Made by a program: the position numbers and the translations under genes. The notes beneath the pieces are model-generated. The model worked only from the letters and a program-made list of their open reading frames with translations. It had not been told where the DNA came from and did no database searches. A stretch of 64,000 bases of DNA, taken from positions 2,294,001-2,358,000 of the forward strand of contig MU008159.1 of the NCBI GenBank assembly GCA_010909165.1, in the 5' to 3' direction. Source of the stretch: Anthoceros angustus. Its lineage: Eukaryota; Plantae; Anthocerotophyta. The number at the start of each line of letters is the position of its first letter. Position 1 is the stretch's first letter. This document shows, in pieces, positions 23,500 through 37,129 of this stretch.

Positions 23500-26400
23500 T
23501 TGATATTTTATTTTGTGCGTGTGATTGAATAATCAGTTGAAGAGGAACAAGATTTTATTGAGGTTGATGATCATTTTGAGGTTGATGAAGAACATGTCAA
23601 CATTCATCCCGACGAACAAGTGACCATAGAGTTGGTGGAGGCACTTGGTGGGGTTTCGCATCGCAAATGACTAAAGACAGTCGATTCCTTGCACGAGGAA
23701 TTAAAGGCGATGCACACAACTACGCCTCTATGGGTTGGAGCCGAGATAAGTTTATTGGCATTCATTTTATTGTTATTGAACATCCAAAGGAGGCATGGCT
23801 GGTCGGATGCATCTTTGAATTCAATTTTATCGTTACTAGGCAAATTAGGCCTCCCAGTTGGCAACAAGTTGCCAAAAGTAGGGCTGAAATTAAAAAGATG
23901 CTTAAGGGGTTTGGCCTAACATATACATCCATACATGCTTGTCAAGATGATTGTATGTTGTTCACAGGCGAGTTTTCTGAATTGCTATTCTGCAAGATGT
24001 GTGGGAAACATAGGTATCGAATTGACACGAAGAGCAGTGTGTACCGTTAAGCTACTTGATATTTTCCATTGATTCCTAGATTGAAACAAATGTTTAGATG
24101 TCCGAGCTAGCAAGTATGATGTCATGGCACGCCACAAATAAGTCTAATGATGGGATTATGCGGGTCCCATCGGATAGCTATGCATGGGAACATGTGGACA
24201 ACACTTATCCGAGTTTGCTAAGGAGACGCGCAACATTCGATTAGGACTTGCTACGGATGGGATTAATCCCTTTGGGCACCAAAGTTCTAGGTATTCTATA
24301 TGGCCTGTGCTTCTTGTCAATTATAACGCCTCCTTGGTTATCTATCAAGAATGGGCATATATTGTTGTCAATGATTATTCCCGGTCCGAAGCAAGTCAAG
24401 ATGCATATATATTTTCAACCACTCATCGAAGAGTTGAAGGTACTGTGGGAGGAAGGTGTGGTCGTACAAGATGCTTCTATGGCTATTGGAAATGCTCAAA
24501 GACAATTTAAATTGAAGGCCTTATTGTTGTGGACGATGCATGATTATCCGGATATTCTTTCACTTCTAAAATGCAAACAAAAGGGAAGCGGGCATGTCCA
24601 ATATGTTGGGACAAATTAGAAGCAAGAAAGTCAATGTTCACAAACAAAATGACGTATGATAAGAATTTTAGAAAATTTTACCAGAGGAACACAAGTTTAG
24701 AGTGGAAGAGCGGGATTCATTCAATGGAAAGGTGAGATGGAAATTATTCATCCGGACTATGCACCAACTCCGGAGGATATTATGATCGAAAGCTTTAACC
24801 GGAAATATGCAAAAGACAATGGTGAAGACAGGGTGTTACTAGCGACGAGCCTTCAATTTTCGGGAGCTTCCATCTTGGGAGGTATGTATGCATGCATATG
24901 GGGTCTTGCAAGTATTACCCTTTTCAAGAATATTTTAATTATATTATTGGTAGCATCGGTAGGTAGACTAATAGCTATTCATGAAGGTTAACTTTTAGTC
25001 ATGCTATTTGGTGGTTGCGATATTGTTGATCGACACTTATTTGATATCATGCACATTGGAAAGAATGTAAGTCAACGATTTTGGCACACATATGTGGGAA
25101 TCAAGATTCCCTTGGTAGTCGTAGAGATCTTGAGTATTCAAATACCAAACAAGATTGGTGGCCCCATGCGAGGCCATCGCTGTTGGAAGGAGACAAAGAG
25201 GCCAAAACATTGTAAATGGGGTGCAAGGTAGCAAAAACACAGCGAACCAGGGGACGGACATTTATAACGACACCGGCCTCGGTTCTTGGACATGGCGGCA
25301 AAAGAGGCGAATGTATGCTAATGCAGGAAAATTGAGAACAAGGATTTGCAGCATACGTACTCCTGGTATGGGGTCAAATTTGAGCGTTGTTTTCTAAAGG
25401 GAGAGAAGAGGAATTTCGTGGTTAAAGTCTCATGATCATCACCATCATTACGGATTTGTGGCCAATTGTCTTGAAAGGATTAATACATCATGATGTTCAC
25501 AAGGCTATATGTGATCTTGCCGAGCTATTCGGTGGCTTTGTTCAAAAGAAATTGCGAAGGATGAAATTCCAGCTATGAAGGTGAAAAGTGTGGAGATCAT
25601 GTGTGTGTTGGAGGGAATTTCCAACGACTTTTCCGACAAGTCAAGTACATGTTGTTGTTCATCTTGTGCGGGAGGTTGAATTATGTGGACCAACTCGATA
25701 TCGATGGATGTATTTCTTAGAAAGGCACATGAAAGTGTTAAAGGGACTTGTTCGATGACCCGACCGAAGGTAGCATGGCTTTAGGATACTTAGCACAAGA
25801 GATAATGTTTTATAGCTCGAGTTCTTTGGAAATACACATGAAGAGGCACCAAGAGTGTGGAAATCAAGATGATGTCACCCAATGTGGGGTGTTATTGCAA
25901 GGAATGGCAAAATTATGACCGAATGATGTGGAAATGCAAGATGAGGAAAGTGTTAGTGGAAAACTCACTGTACTCAAAAATGGCGAAAAGTGTATGACGG
26001 TATGACGACGAGCAACGTCCTTTTGCGAGAATGGTTGATAGATGAAGTTAAAGTAGCGAAGAAAGGGAAATGCGGTACAAACCTATGGGTTGGATGTGAC
26101 GCAATTGTCGAGGACCTCCTCGTGTGCGATCATATAAAATGATGTGGGCATATGGAAATCATATAAGGACTATAGATGCGAGATAGGGAAAGAATACATG
26201 TGATAGCATTATAAAACATCTATATAGCCAGCATGTGTTTCACATCGCGGGGACACCGAACCTATTATAGCGATTTTCCCTATCTTTGGAAAGGTGGAAA
26301 AGATTTTGGAGGTGGACTTAGGGCCGTCTAAAAAGTAAATGTGTTGAAGGTGAGATGGTTCAAGGCTCAATGGAACAAAGAGCACACACCATCAAAAGCA

Positions 26401-26600
26401 GATACATCTCGTATGTTCATGGTTAACGATGTCATGTTATCCAATGATAAGTTGGAGGATGAGCCATTTGTACTAGTATCGGAGAAAGTGGAGCAAGTCT
26501 TTTGTATGAGAATTCTAAAATGCATGGAAAATTGTGGTGGGTACAAGCGCGAAGACGATAGTACAAGGTGAGGCTCAAGGAGGATAACATGAGTCAAGAT
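23500..26600 (+). pseudogene. CACTA Tnp2/TnpD-type transposase (Transposase_21, DUF4218 and DUF4216 regions), frameshifted
   Basis: IHACQDDCMLF...CKMCGKHRY; RNIRLGLATDGINPFGHQSSRYSIWPVLLVNYN; IIPGPKQ...YFQPLIEELKVLWEEG; LLWTMHDYP; VHLVREVELCGP...WMYFLER; LKVRWF. Possible 5' exons lie at 21.9-23.4 kb. Confidence 0.93.
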
Positions 26601-27180
26601 GATGAGGATCACGGATATCATAGGTGAGGATGATGAAGACAATGATAGCGTGAGCGATAATGACCAATGAGTTACATAGTAGAGTTGGAGTAATAGACTT
26701 GTTATGTGGAAAGGAGAAGGCGGGAAGGGAGATGATAGAGGGATAAGGAGTGGGAGGCGATAGAGGGATAAGGAGTGGAGAGGGTGGGAGGATAGATAGG
26801 TAATTGATAGGTTGAAAAATATTTTAAAGCTTTTCTTATAAGTATAAAAAGTATCCCAAGTCTTAAATATTTCACTTATTTAATTATAATTATGGTGAGT
26901 ACAAGCGTCGTGGAAGACGCATAGTACAACGTGAGGCTTCTAGTGGAAGGCATAGTACAACGTGAGGCTTCTAGTCGGGGATAGCATGAGTGAGGATGAT
27001 GAAGATGGCGATAGTATGAGCGGATGATGACCAATGAGTTACATAGTAGAGTTGGAGTAATAGACATGTTATGCGGGGCAAGGAAGGGTACAATGCGAAA
27101 GAGGTAAAGAGGGGAGAGACGATGGGAGGATAGATAGATAGTTGATATAGGTTGGTGTTCAAAAATATTTTTAGTTTTTC
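26550..27180 (+). repeat. Diverged tandem duplication (about 400 bp) downstream of the transposase
   Basis: ATAGTACAA(G/C)GTGAGGCT...GATGA(C)CAATGAGTTACATAGTAGAGTTGGAGTAATAGAC is present twice, with substitutions as well as indels. Confidence 0.8.
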
Positions 27181-28439
27181 TTAAAAACATGCTAGGTCAC
27201 CGTTGGGTTGGGGTTCTATGCGGGATCCTTGCATGTCCGGTGAAATCATCAATGTTGCAAAGCGGTGATACCATGGTCCATTTCCACGTTGCGCGATCGC
27301 CCGCTCGTCACCACGACCTACCGCGCGCCTCCTCGCGGTACGCCGCTTTCATCGAATGCATCCAAGGCAACCGGACTTGAACTCGGATGCATATTAATGC
27401 GACATGGGTACCGACATCCGAGATAGTTAGTGCGTAGGCTCTTGCCGGCCCTTCGTCCTTCTTCAAATTGCACATCCACATCGCGTTGGACTTGTTGGGT
27501 TGGGGTTCCGGAGAGCGGGTTCGATTTAAGGGTTTACGCAACGCCTGACCGATTGTTGCGATGACGTAGTTCTGCGCCAATTTCGATGATCGACCTCTTC
27601 CGGCTTCTTGGTAGCGGTGATGGCCGCACTAGAATTGGGCCACAAATCAATCTCTTTTCTTTGAGTGTATATCGATCTTGGCCGTTTGCCTCGGCGATAG
27701 TCCCGGAAAGAGTAAAGAAGACAAAGACGTTGATGATTTCTCTGCAGCGGACACCCGCCTTTGTTCCAAGATGGCACTCCAAGCGGGAGCCGCTTTTGTA
27801 TCGGGTTCCACCTTTCACGGCTTCTTGTGGCGAGCACGGCCGGTGTACTCGGGCCGCCTTTGGCTTGTCCACATGGAAAACCGCCGAGCCTTCGGACCAT
27901 TGTTGAGGACACATAGTAAACAAGGTGAGGACATAGCCCCGTCGCTTGCTTCACAAGATGGTTGTGATACAAGTCTCCCGTTTTGGCCATGCGAACAAGT
28001 GGCGCCATCTGGCGGCTTGGGGTTCCCCGCCTGATGTAGGGAAGTTGTCCCGCCTACTCAAATTGGCGCTAAGTACCTCGAGAGGTCGTGCGAATCCTCC
28101 TTCCGTGTTTTGGAGAATAAGGTGACAAATTTTGGACACTCTGGAGAGTCAGAGAACGACGCGCCCTCGTCCGGATCATCTTATGGAGGAGGAATGGGAG
28201 CACCATGGATGTGGTCTTGGCGAGTGGGGATAAGCTGCTTGATTAAGAATCTATTCTCTCTGGTTCATCCATCATATGCTATGATGGAGATTTGAACAAC
28301 GACCCCTACGTTACATGGATCGTCTTAATTGGCAAGTGGGGATGACTGCCTCTTGATTTCAAAGAACCTCTTGGTTTAGTCTTCACTATGATGGACAACT
28401 AGTGGTGATTCCCTAACCTTTCTTGTAGTCTTGCTTGCT

Positions 28440-28700
28440 TTGTCGGGGATATGGTGACATGGAATGCCCTTATGGGTACAAAAGGGCTCGGCCGCCTGGA
28501 GAATGTAGTGGTGGGCACCTACCGTGGACATGTATGCAAAATTTTGGTGAATCGAAAATGCCCGCCAAGTTTTTGATTGAACGACCCATGAAAGAGGATG
28601 CAAAATATGGTGAGTGGAAGATGCAAAAGGGCACGAGTCGCACTCACAAATTGTGGAAGGAACGCGATTGCACTCATAGATGGTGGTGCATGTCTCTTGC
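28440..28700 (+). pseudogene. PPR gene fragment
   Basis: DMVTWNAL..., then ENVVVGT--VDMYAKFGE...A-QVFD in stitched frames. It is followed by GGTGGTGCATGTCTCTTGC, the same motif that follows the PPR fragments in the 43-64 kb array. Confidence 0.6.
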
Positions 28701-29231
28701 CTAAGGGTGTTGAACATGCTATTTAGTGAAGGGGGTGATTATTCAAAGATGAGGGTTTTCTCGCTTCTTTAAAGGGGTTTTGGATGGTGTTGAACTTTGT
28801 TCACCGCTTGTCTGGAAAAGATGATCGAAGAAGGGTGAACACCAACACCGCATAGCTTGCGTGACATGTGGAGCAATGGTTGTAGTTTACACCTATGCCA
28901 ACTTTAGAGCCCATTTACAGCCCAAAATGGAGCACCATGACTGTCTGTGAAGATGAGTACATTTGACGATGCCCCCACAAACAATCGGGAAAACATGGTC
29001 CAACCAATGTCGAACTCTCATATTTCAAGTTTCCCCAGAACGCTTCCACGCGGGTGGTGGTGGTATGGGTCATAGGAATCCTTCGCAACATGGAATTCAT
29101 GGAATCAGGTGCGCCAGCCGCGCCCGCACCGCCTCCCACAATCCCGTAAAGTGATATGTCATCTCCTATCCCTTGGTAGGTTGGAGGAATCGATTTTGAG
29201 ACAAGAGGGTCAGATGTGTGTCACCAACCAT

Positions 29232-30195
29232 CCGACAGATGCTATGTATAGTCATGTGACTAGCCGTGATCAAAACAGAAAGTGCTGGGTATGGATGCAT
29301 TATTAGTGACGCATCGCAAGCCTAAATGTGCACATGCTCTAAATGTGCAAAATTGGGCAAAAGGGTGTCTCGAATCGCTTAGTGCTTTAGGACTAAACCG
29401 CTCAAGATTTGGAGTGGAGTTTCCATCGGCTAACATCTTGTAGAATATGGTGTCGTTTCAAACTTTCCCCAAGGAGAATGGGCTACAATGAACGATCGAA
29501 TGTGTCTTGCACGGTTTCCCTTCTCAAAACAGAAAATGAGGCTACACCTATGCGCACTTTTAACATTCAAGTGCAATCTACTCTCCTTCTAAATTGACGT
29601 CATCTTCGTAGGTTCGGCATCATCACCGTCATCTTCATCATCGCCACTTTGACTTGCTGGTTGTATGAAGCCCGCAATTCATTGACTTGTCCTTGATTGC
29701 CTTCTTGTCACCGACAGATGCTATGTATAGTCATGTGACTAGCCGTGATCAAAACAGAAAGTGCTGGGTATGGATGCATTATTAGTGATCGGCATCGCAA
29801 GCCCTAAATGTGCACATGCTCTAAATGTGCAAAATTGCGTGGGAAAAGGGTGTCCCCTCGAATCGCTAGTGCTTTAGGACTAAAACCGTGAGAGCGGTGG
29901 AGTTTCCATCGGCTAACATCTTGTAGAATATATGTCGTTTCAAACTTTCCCCAAGGAGAATGGGCTACAATGAACGTGTCGAATGTGTCTTGCACGGTTT
30001 CCTTCTCAAAAATGAGAAAATGAGGATCTGACCTATGCGCACTTTTAACATTCAAGTGCAATCTCTCCTTCTAAATTGACGCCGTCATCTTCGTTAGGTT
30101 CGCATCATCACCGTCATCTTCACTCCTCTGTGCCACTTTGACTTGCTGGTTGTATGAAGCCCGCAATTCATTTTGTCCTTGATTGCCTTCTTGTC
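29232..30195 (+). repeat. Direct tandem duplication of about 479 bp
   Basis: CCGACAGATGCTATGTATAGTCATG at 29232 and 29711. Confidence 0.92.
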
Positions 30196-31142
30196 TACAC
30201 TGATGTTTCCGAGAATTCAAGGTGAAACCATAATACAAGATGACGGTTTTGTGTACATAAACTTCCGAATATTTTTAGGTTCAACCCTTGACCCCTTTTC
30301 CCGGTTTTGTTGCTTGGCTGCATCCCCGAATTATGTATTCTTCAACGTACCTACCCTCAAACGCATCTGTGTGCTGCATTGAACAACAAGTAAGTGAGGT
30401 GTGGTCATCAAACAAACCGTCAATCACCTTCCCAATCCAAAATGGTCATTGTCTGCGTGTCTCTGGGCGCAATGAACATGCCCTTATTTATTTCAACACA
30501 TCACCATTCAAACGTGTCATTCCCTCCTGTTGTCTTTCCAAGTTTTGGTATCGTCCCAAATACATATCTCGTTGTGGAAGGTCCCTCAACAACGCCTCCT
30601 GTAATAAAGCTTCATCATCAAGTCGCAGAGGTTGGGCTGTTACTTCTACTTCGGACCTCGAATACCACTTCCAAGGATGCTGGAGGACGAGCCCAATGTT
30701 GTTTTGAACAATAACAGCAATCTCTTGTTGGTCCACCCAGAAAGCTTCCCACCATTTGTATTCCTCCGATGTCACATAAGGCCTAAGGGCCGAAAGACCT
30801 TCCTTCAAATGAGCCACACCATCCGTAGGTGATAAGTCTGCCAACTTTCCTTTTCTATCCCTTGACCGGAGGGCGGTTAAGGGAGCTGGCGTTATTGTGT
30901 CCAACGGCACGAATGTCAAAAACTCCAACCCGGCCTCTGCCTCCCAATAGGTGATGTGGAATACGCTTGCTCGATGAGCATAAACCCCACGGTCACCTTT
31001 GGCTTCTCTCGTAATTTTGAATTGGTCTTTGGAAAGAGAGGTTGTTTAATTTTTGACCGCCTTGTATGCGTGTCCACCTTCCCTTGCCTTATGGGCCAAA
31101 CATATGACCGGAAGTCCGAACTTCTCAATATCTTCACCTCCT

Positions 31143-33512
31143 GGAGTGTACGCACTAATCAAAATCTCGAGCGGCAGAAGAGTGTGAGCTTCCTTGTGTT
31201 TTAAGCTTTTGAAAAGCATGAAAACATTTGGTCGATTTGATCATGCGTATGCCCCACCAACAAAACCCCACTTTCACCTTTTCAAACGTCCCCATGTCCA
31301 CGAGCATGTTGAGATATGCAAAGCTTGATTCTTGTTCTCTCTGCAGTGTTGTCCAATTGCAAATATAACACTTTCGGCAATACTCCTTCGTAGTTATGAA
31401 TAACATCCGGATGATGGTAATCGTGAGATTGGCATCATTCAAGTTCGCATAATGCAAGTAAGCTCTTGCCTTAAACGTGTAATTGTGGATCATGCACCCA
31501 ACCACATGAACTCGAATCGCACTCCTCATCCAAGTTCTTTGGCCATCAAGTAGATGGGGAATCTCCGTCTTCTTTTGGTCCATTCCATCGATTGAAAGTA
31601 GAAGGTACATATGTGGTTCTACATAACTCTTGCTCGTGTTTCGCCATCTTCACCGCTCGATGTAACCGCAAACGATGGGCATCTAAAGCCGCTTGATATT
31701 TTTCTGCTTGAAAACATACACACTCGTGTACATTTGAAGAGACATCCGATTAGATATGAAGGACCCTCCTATCGACAAGATTCGCTGGGCGACGTCCGCC
31801 CCAAATCAACGGAGGAAGAACCTTCATGTTCCGTCCTAGCGCATTTGCGATCAATTGTCGCTGGCGTACACGAGCAACCACAATCCATGCCATCGGCTTT
31901 TGGTTATGGAGCGCGCCGCGCCCCACCACATGTATAAATTGTAGGGTGACCCGTATGGTCCTTCGCCATGTGGGCGTTGGCTTGGTATCCTCGGACGGAA
32001 CCTATGGTGCCCGTTAAAGAGCACTGAGGTGGGCGCCGGCCGGCGCCCATCTCCGTGCTCTTAACGGCACCATAGGGTTCTTGGCCTCCAGGGCCGGCCG
32101 GCCCCACCACATGTACTGGCCTCGGGGTTTCATCCCAAGGGTTTTGCATATGTGGGAGACGGTCGGCCGCACCCCATCCCATCATACAAAGATCGAAGAC
32201 CGGTTATAGGGATCTTGCCCATAAAGCCTCGAGTTCAAAACAACCATTCCCCACTCAAGAAAACCATTTCATAAGTTCCCATGCATGTCAACCAGCCGAA
32301 AGTGGTAACAATTACCTTGATCGGATTTGTGGAGTGTACGCACTAATCAAAATCTCGGCGGTCAGAAGAGTGTGAGCTTCCTTGTGTTTTAAGCTTTTGA
32401 AAAGCATGAAAACATTTGGTCGATTTGATCATGCGTATGCCCCACCAACAAAACCCCACTTTCACCTTTTCAAACGTCCCCATGTCCACGAGCATGTTGA
32501 GATATGCAAAGCTTGATTCTTGTTCTCTCTGCAGTGTTGTCCAATTGCAAATATAACACTTTCGGCAATACTCCTTCGTAGTTATGAATAACATCCGGAT
32601 GATGGTAATCGTAAGATTGGCATCATTCCAAGTTCGCATAATGCAAGTAAGCTCTTGCCTTAAACGTGTAATTGTGGATCATGCACCCAACCACATGAAC
32701 GAATCGGCACTCCTCATCCAAGTTCTTTGGCCATCAAGTAGATGGGGAATCTCCGTCTTCTTTTGGTCCATTCCATCGATTGAAAGTAGAAGGTACATAT
32801 GTGGTTCTACATAACTCTTGCTCCTGTTTCGCCATCTTCACCGCTCGATGTAACCGCAAACGATGGGCATCTAAAGCCGCTTGATATTTTTTTGAAAACA
32901 TACACACTCGGTACATTTGAAGAGACATCCGATTAGATATGAAGGACCCTCCTATCTTTGACAAGATATCAGGCGACGTCCGCCCCAAATCAACGGAGGA
33001 ATAGCCTTCATGTTCCGTCCTAGCGCATTTGCGATCAATTGTCGTTGGCGTACTAGCAACCACAATCCATGCCATCGGCTTTTGGTTATGGGCGGCGGCC
33101 TCACCACATGTATAAATTGTAGGGTGACCGTTTCGCCATGTGGGCGTTGGCGATTGGTATCCCTCGGACGGAACCTATGGTGCCCGTTAAAGAGCACTGA
33201 GGTGGGGCGCGGCCGGCGCGCCCATCTGTGCTCTTAACGCACCATGGGCCTCCAGGGCCGGCCGGCGGCGTCCCACCACATGTCTGTGGCCTCTCGGGGT
33301 TTCATCCCAAGGGTTTTGCATATGTGGGACGGCCATCGGTGCACCCCATCCCATCATACAAAGATCAGTAAGACCTGGTTATAGGGATCTTGCCCATAAA
33401 GCCTCGAGTTCAAAACAACCATTCCCCACTCAAGAAAACCATTGTCATAAGTTCCCATGCATGTCCACCAGCCCCGTCGACAGTGGTAACAATTACCTTG
33501 ATCGGATTTGTG
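31143..33512 (+). repeat. Direct tandem duplication of about 1188 bp
   Basis: GGAGTGTACGCACTAATCAAAATCTC at 31143 and 32331. Confidence 0.92.
31998..32080. other. Spacer-less imperfect palindrome of about 80 bp (second copy at about 33172-33248)
   Basis: CCTATGGTGCCCGTTAAAGAGCACTGAGGTGGGCGCCGG|CCGGCGCCCATCTCCGTGCTCTTAACGGCACCATAGG. Confidence 0.9.
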
Positions 33513-34415
33513 GACTGTGTTCCTAATTGTGCTCTTCAGACCTGCGCAGAGTGAGCACGTGGAAAACCTGTTCGATTTTGGTATTTTCACTCTTGGGAAG
33601 TTGCTTTTCCATAACTTCAAGAACCATGGATATTTCACATAGAGGATCCCGGAGGTTTCGCATTGCCGCTGACATACTCCATATTTCCAACCTTGTGTAT
33701 GTGTCCGGAAGGTTGAAGACCTCCACGTCGGCATACCGCCATCATTAGAAATGTCTTATCCATCCGTGATATCGCTCCCAGCATAAGAAGACTGTGGTTT
33801 GGGGTTAGGCTGAAACCATCCCACGGGCATTCAAATGATTCGCTCTTGCCTCATATCTCACAGCCCTATGCAATATACTCTTCTAAATGCCTTCAAGCGC
33901 GACCTGAATGGACCCCAAAATGTGTGTGCATACTTTACCCCTTTCACATCCCCTCTCGCTTGAACCAAGGACTCTAGAAATGTCTCTTGCTCGCCTGCCC
34001 ATCCTTAGGAATCGGTACCTCGCTCCCGAAACTTTTCTTTTGTCACGCAAGCACATTTGATTGCAACATGGTTTTCGAATCCGTCACTACCTCTCCTTCA
34101 CTTTTCTTCAATGTGACACCAACGCCTCGCTGAGGTGCAATGCTTTGCTCGCTTGACGGGCCGCCTCACCCAGGCTTGGGATGGAACGACCGACGGTGTG
34201 TGTCCGGAAGTGGCCGCCTTCATCTTCATCCTCGGAGGGTTCGTGCTCGCCTGGGAGGTCTTCTACCGTGACCACCATCAAACAATCCCTGCAACAGTGG
34301 TCCATTCTCACGCAGCTTGAGGGATGAGGACTCGAATTCGGATCCGGGAGGCGGTAGATGGGCTCCTCAATGGCTGCGTATAGATGCAAATTCCAGGGTG
34401 TGAGGCACCCCGCTG

Positions 34416-36828
34416 CATGTTTGGTGACGCCAAGTGTCGACGCCTGTAGAGCCTACATGGGCGGTGCGAACACGTACTTAACAAGCTACCCGACGCCTCG
34501 TTGTAGAGCCTACATGGGCGGTGCGAACAGACTTAACAAGCTACTGGCCTCTTCCAAAAGTGGGAAAAGCGGTAACCACAACAAACCTTCATGTGGAGGA
34601 CTCGTGGGTATTGCACCGAATATGTGAACTTGGAGGAGCGTTCAAGATAGCGAGCCTCTTCCTCCGCGGACCATGTCTCCATTTCTTTGGAATTGCGAGG
34701 GGCCCGGTCCTCCACTTGAACCTCCTGCGCCCACGTGCATGGTCGTTGCACAAGTTGCATAATCATGAATGGTATGCGTGGAAAAGACAATGGCGAAACA
34801 AGACCAACCTCATCTCCGCAGCGCAAAGGCCAAATGCAACATCGCACGCACTTATCGAAATGCGCAAGGAAGGAAAGCACAAGACTTTGCAGCACCGTAG
34901 TGGCTAGCGACATCGGCCTCCCTCCCGGCTTTGCTATATGGCGTCGGACGGCCCTCGCATCCCCGAGTGCCACCGCCTAAGAGGTTGATGGGATTGCCTC
35001 AAATAAGTGCGGACAATGAAGTGGTTGACGGCCGTGATTGTAACGGAAAATCCAAGCATAATTGCAGCAGACCTGGCGAAAAGTTGATGGCGGCCGATGC
35101 CTAAAATAGTAAGCTCGTCAAAATTGAGTTTAAGGTAGCGGGTTATTTTAGAGAAACACGGTTATGAAAACCATTTGGGGTTATGGAAGAAAACCCTACT
35201 TTTACACGCCGCTTAACTTCGCCTTAAGGCCTCCTCTTTTGAACTTAAGGGCTACCGTTTGCAAGGCACACCTCATGCATGTTTGGTGACGCCAAGTGTC
35301 GACGCCTGTAGAGCCTACATGGTGCGAACACGACTTAACAAGCTACCGCCTCTTCCAAAAGTGGGAAAAGCGGTAACCACAACAAACCTTCATGTGGAGG
35401 ACTCCGTGGGTATTGCACCGAATATGTGAACTTGGAGGAGCGCTCTCGATTTCTTCCTCCTCGGACCATGTCTCCATTTCTTTGGAATTGCGAGGGGCCC
35501 GGTCCTCCACTTGAACCTCCTGCGCCCACGTGCATGGTCGTTACAAGTTGCATCATGAATGGTATGCGGAAAAGACAATGGCGAAACAAGACCAACCTCA
35601 TCTCCGCAGCGCAAAGGCCAAATGCAACATCGCACGCACTTATCGAAATGCGCAAGGAAGGAAAGCACAAGACTTTGCAGCACCGTAGTGGCTAGCGACA
35701 TCGGCCTCCCTCCCGGCTTTGCTATATGGCGTCGGACGGCCCTCGCATCCCCGAGTGCCACCGCCTAAGAGGTTGATGGGATTGCCTCAAATAAGTGCGG
35801 ACAATGAAGTGGTTGACGGCCGTGATTGTAACGGAAAATCCAAGCATAATTGCAGCAGACCTGGCGAAAAGTTGATGGCGGCCGATGCCTAAAATAGTAA
35901 GCTCGTCAAAATTGAGTTTAAGGTAGCGGGTTATTTTAGAGAAACACGGTTATGAAAACCATTTGGGGTTATGGAAGAAAACCCTACTTTTACACGCCGC
36001 TTAACTTCGCCTTAAGGCCTCCTCTTTGTGAACTTAAGGGCTACCGTTTGCAAGGCACACCGCTGCATGTTTGGTGACGCCAAGTGTCGACGCCTGTAGA
36101 GCCTACATGGTGCGAACACGACTTAACAAGCTACCGCCTCTTCCAAAAGTGGGAAAAGCGGTAACCACAACAAACCTTCATGTGGAGGACTCCGTGGGTA
36201 TTGCACCGAATATGTGAACTTGGAGGAGCGCTCTCGATTTTCTTCCTCCTCGGACCATGTCTCCATTTCTTTGGAATTGCGAGGGGCCCGGTCCTCCACT
36301 TGAACCTCCTGCGCCCACGTGCATGGTCGTTACAAGTTGCATCATGAATGGTATGCGGAAAAGACAATGGCGAAACAAGACCAACCTCATCTCCGCAGCG
36401 CAAAGGCCAAATGCAACATCGCACGCACTTATCGAAATGCGCAAGGAAGGAAAGCACAAGACTTTGCAGCACCGTAGTGGCTAGCGACATCAAGCCTCCC
36501 TCCCGGCTTTGCTATGGCGGGACGGCCCTCGCATCCCCGAGTGCCACCGCCTAAGAGGTTGATGGGATTGCCTCAAATAAGTGCGGACAATGAAGTGGTT
36601 GACGCGGGAGTGATTGTAACGGAAAATCCAAGCATAATTGCAGCCACTGGCGAAAAGTTGATGGCGGCGGCCGAGCCTAAAATAGTAAGCTCGTCAAAAT
36701 TGAGTTTAAGGTAGCGGGTTATTTTAGAGAAACACGGTTATGAAAACCATTTCGGGTTATGGAAGAAAACCCTACTTTTACACGCCGCTTAACTTCGCCT
36801 CGGCCTCTTTGTGAACTTAAGGGCTACC
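34416..36828 (+). repeat. Triplicated unit of about 790-860 bp between the two divergent genes
   Basis: CATGTTTGGTGACGCCAAGTGTCGACGCC at 34416, 35278 and 36066. Confidence 0.93.
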
Positions 36829-37129
36829 GCTTAAGGCCAATGACAAACAGTTCACGTCCGGATTTCGAGCGCAACACCTCACCGTGACCGCCGCTTGTCG
36901 CTGCCGAGCGCACCACCACTGGATCCGCATGCCGGGAGTGAGGCGCCACACCGCGCCTCGCCCGCCCTAGACCGCCGCAAGCTCGTTGAGCGCAACTTTG
37001 CCCGTGATGCGCAAGCTCGCAGCTGATGTGCGGCGCCAAGCTCTTGAGAGGCGCGATCTTGAGCAGTGAGTTAGCGGTCACAGGCTGTTTGTGCATCTCT
37101 TTGTGATTACGGAGTGGGGTTGCCTTGAA

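Larger units (their letters stand above)
11510..27180. mobile_element. CACTA/En-Spm transposon, left end present and right end not found
   Basis: CACTACAAGAAAA at 11510-11522, followed by dense TTTACAAC subterminal motifs. Contains a Tnp2-type transposase and an oppositely oriented second ORF. The right boundary is approximate. Confidence 0.7.
29400..34390 (-). pseudogene. DUF7869-type (Sola-like DDD) transposase, multi-exon, frameshifted and internally duplicated
   Basis: FLKLWKSNFPRVKIPKSNRFSTCSLC; LLSIDGMDQKKTEIPH; IRVHVVGCMIHNY; FAYLNMLVDMGTFEKVKVGF...GHTHDQIDQMFS; C-terminal EEYKWWEAFW...MYLGRYQNLER. The core exon is present twice (31.1-31.7 kb and 32.3-32.9 kb). Confidence 0.85.

Noticed and set aside
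27186-27200. AACATGCTAG as another TIR-family end
   Set aside because: Only about 9 bp match, and the TGAAGGGG core is absent.
28419-28430. Possible right CACTA TIR (TTTCTTGTAGTC)
   Set aside because: The terminal base is wrong (expected ...GTAGTG), the following bases TTG do not match the CAT TSD, and no subterminal repeats are nearby.
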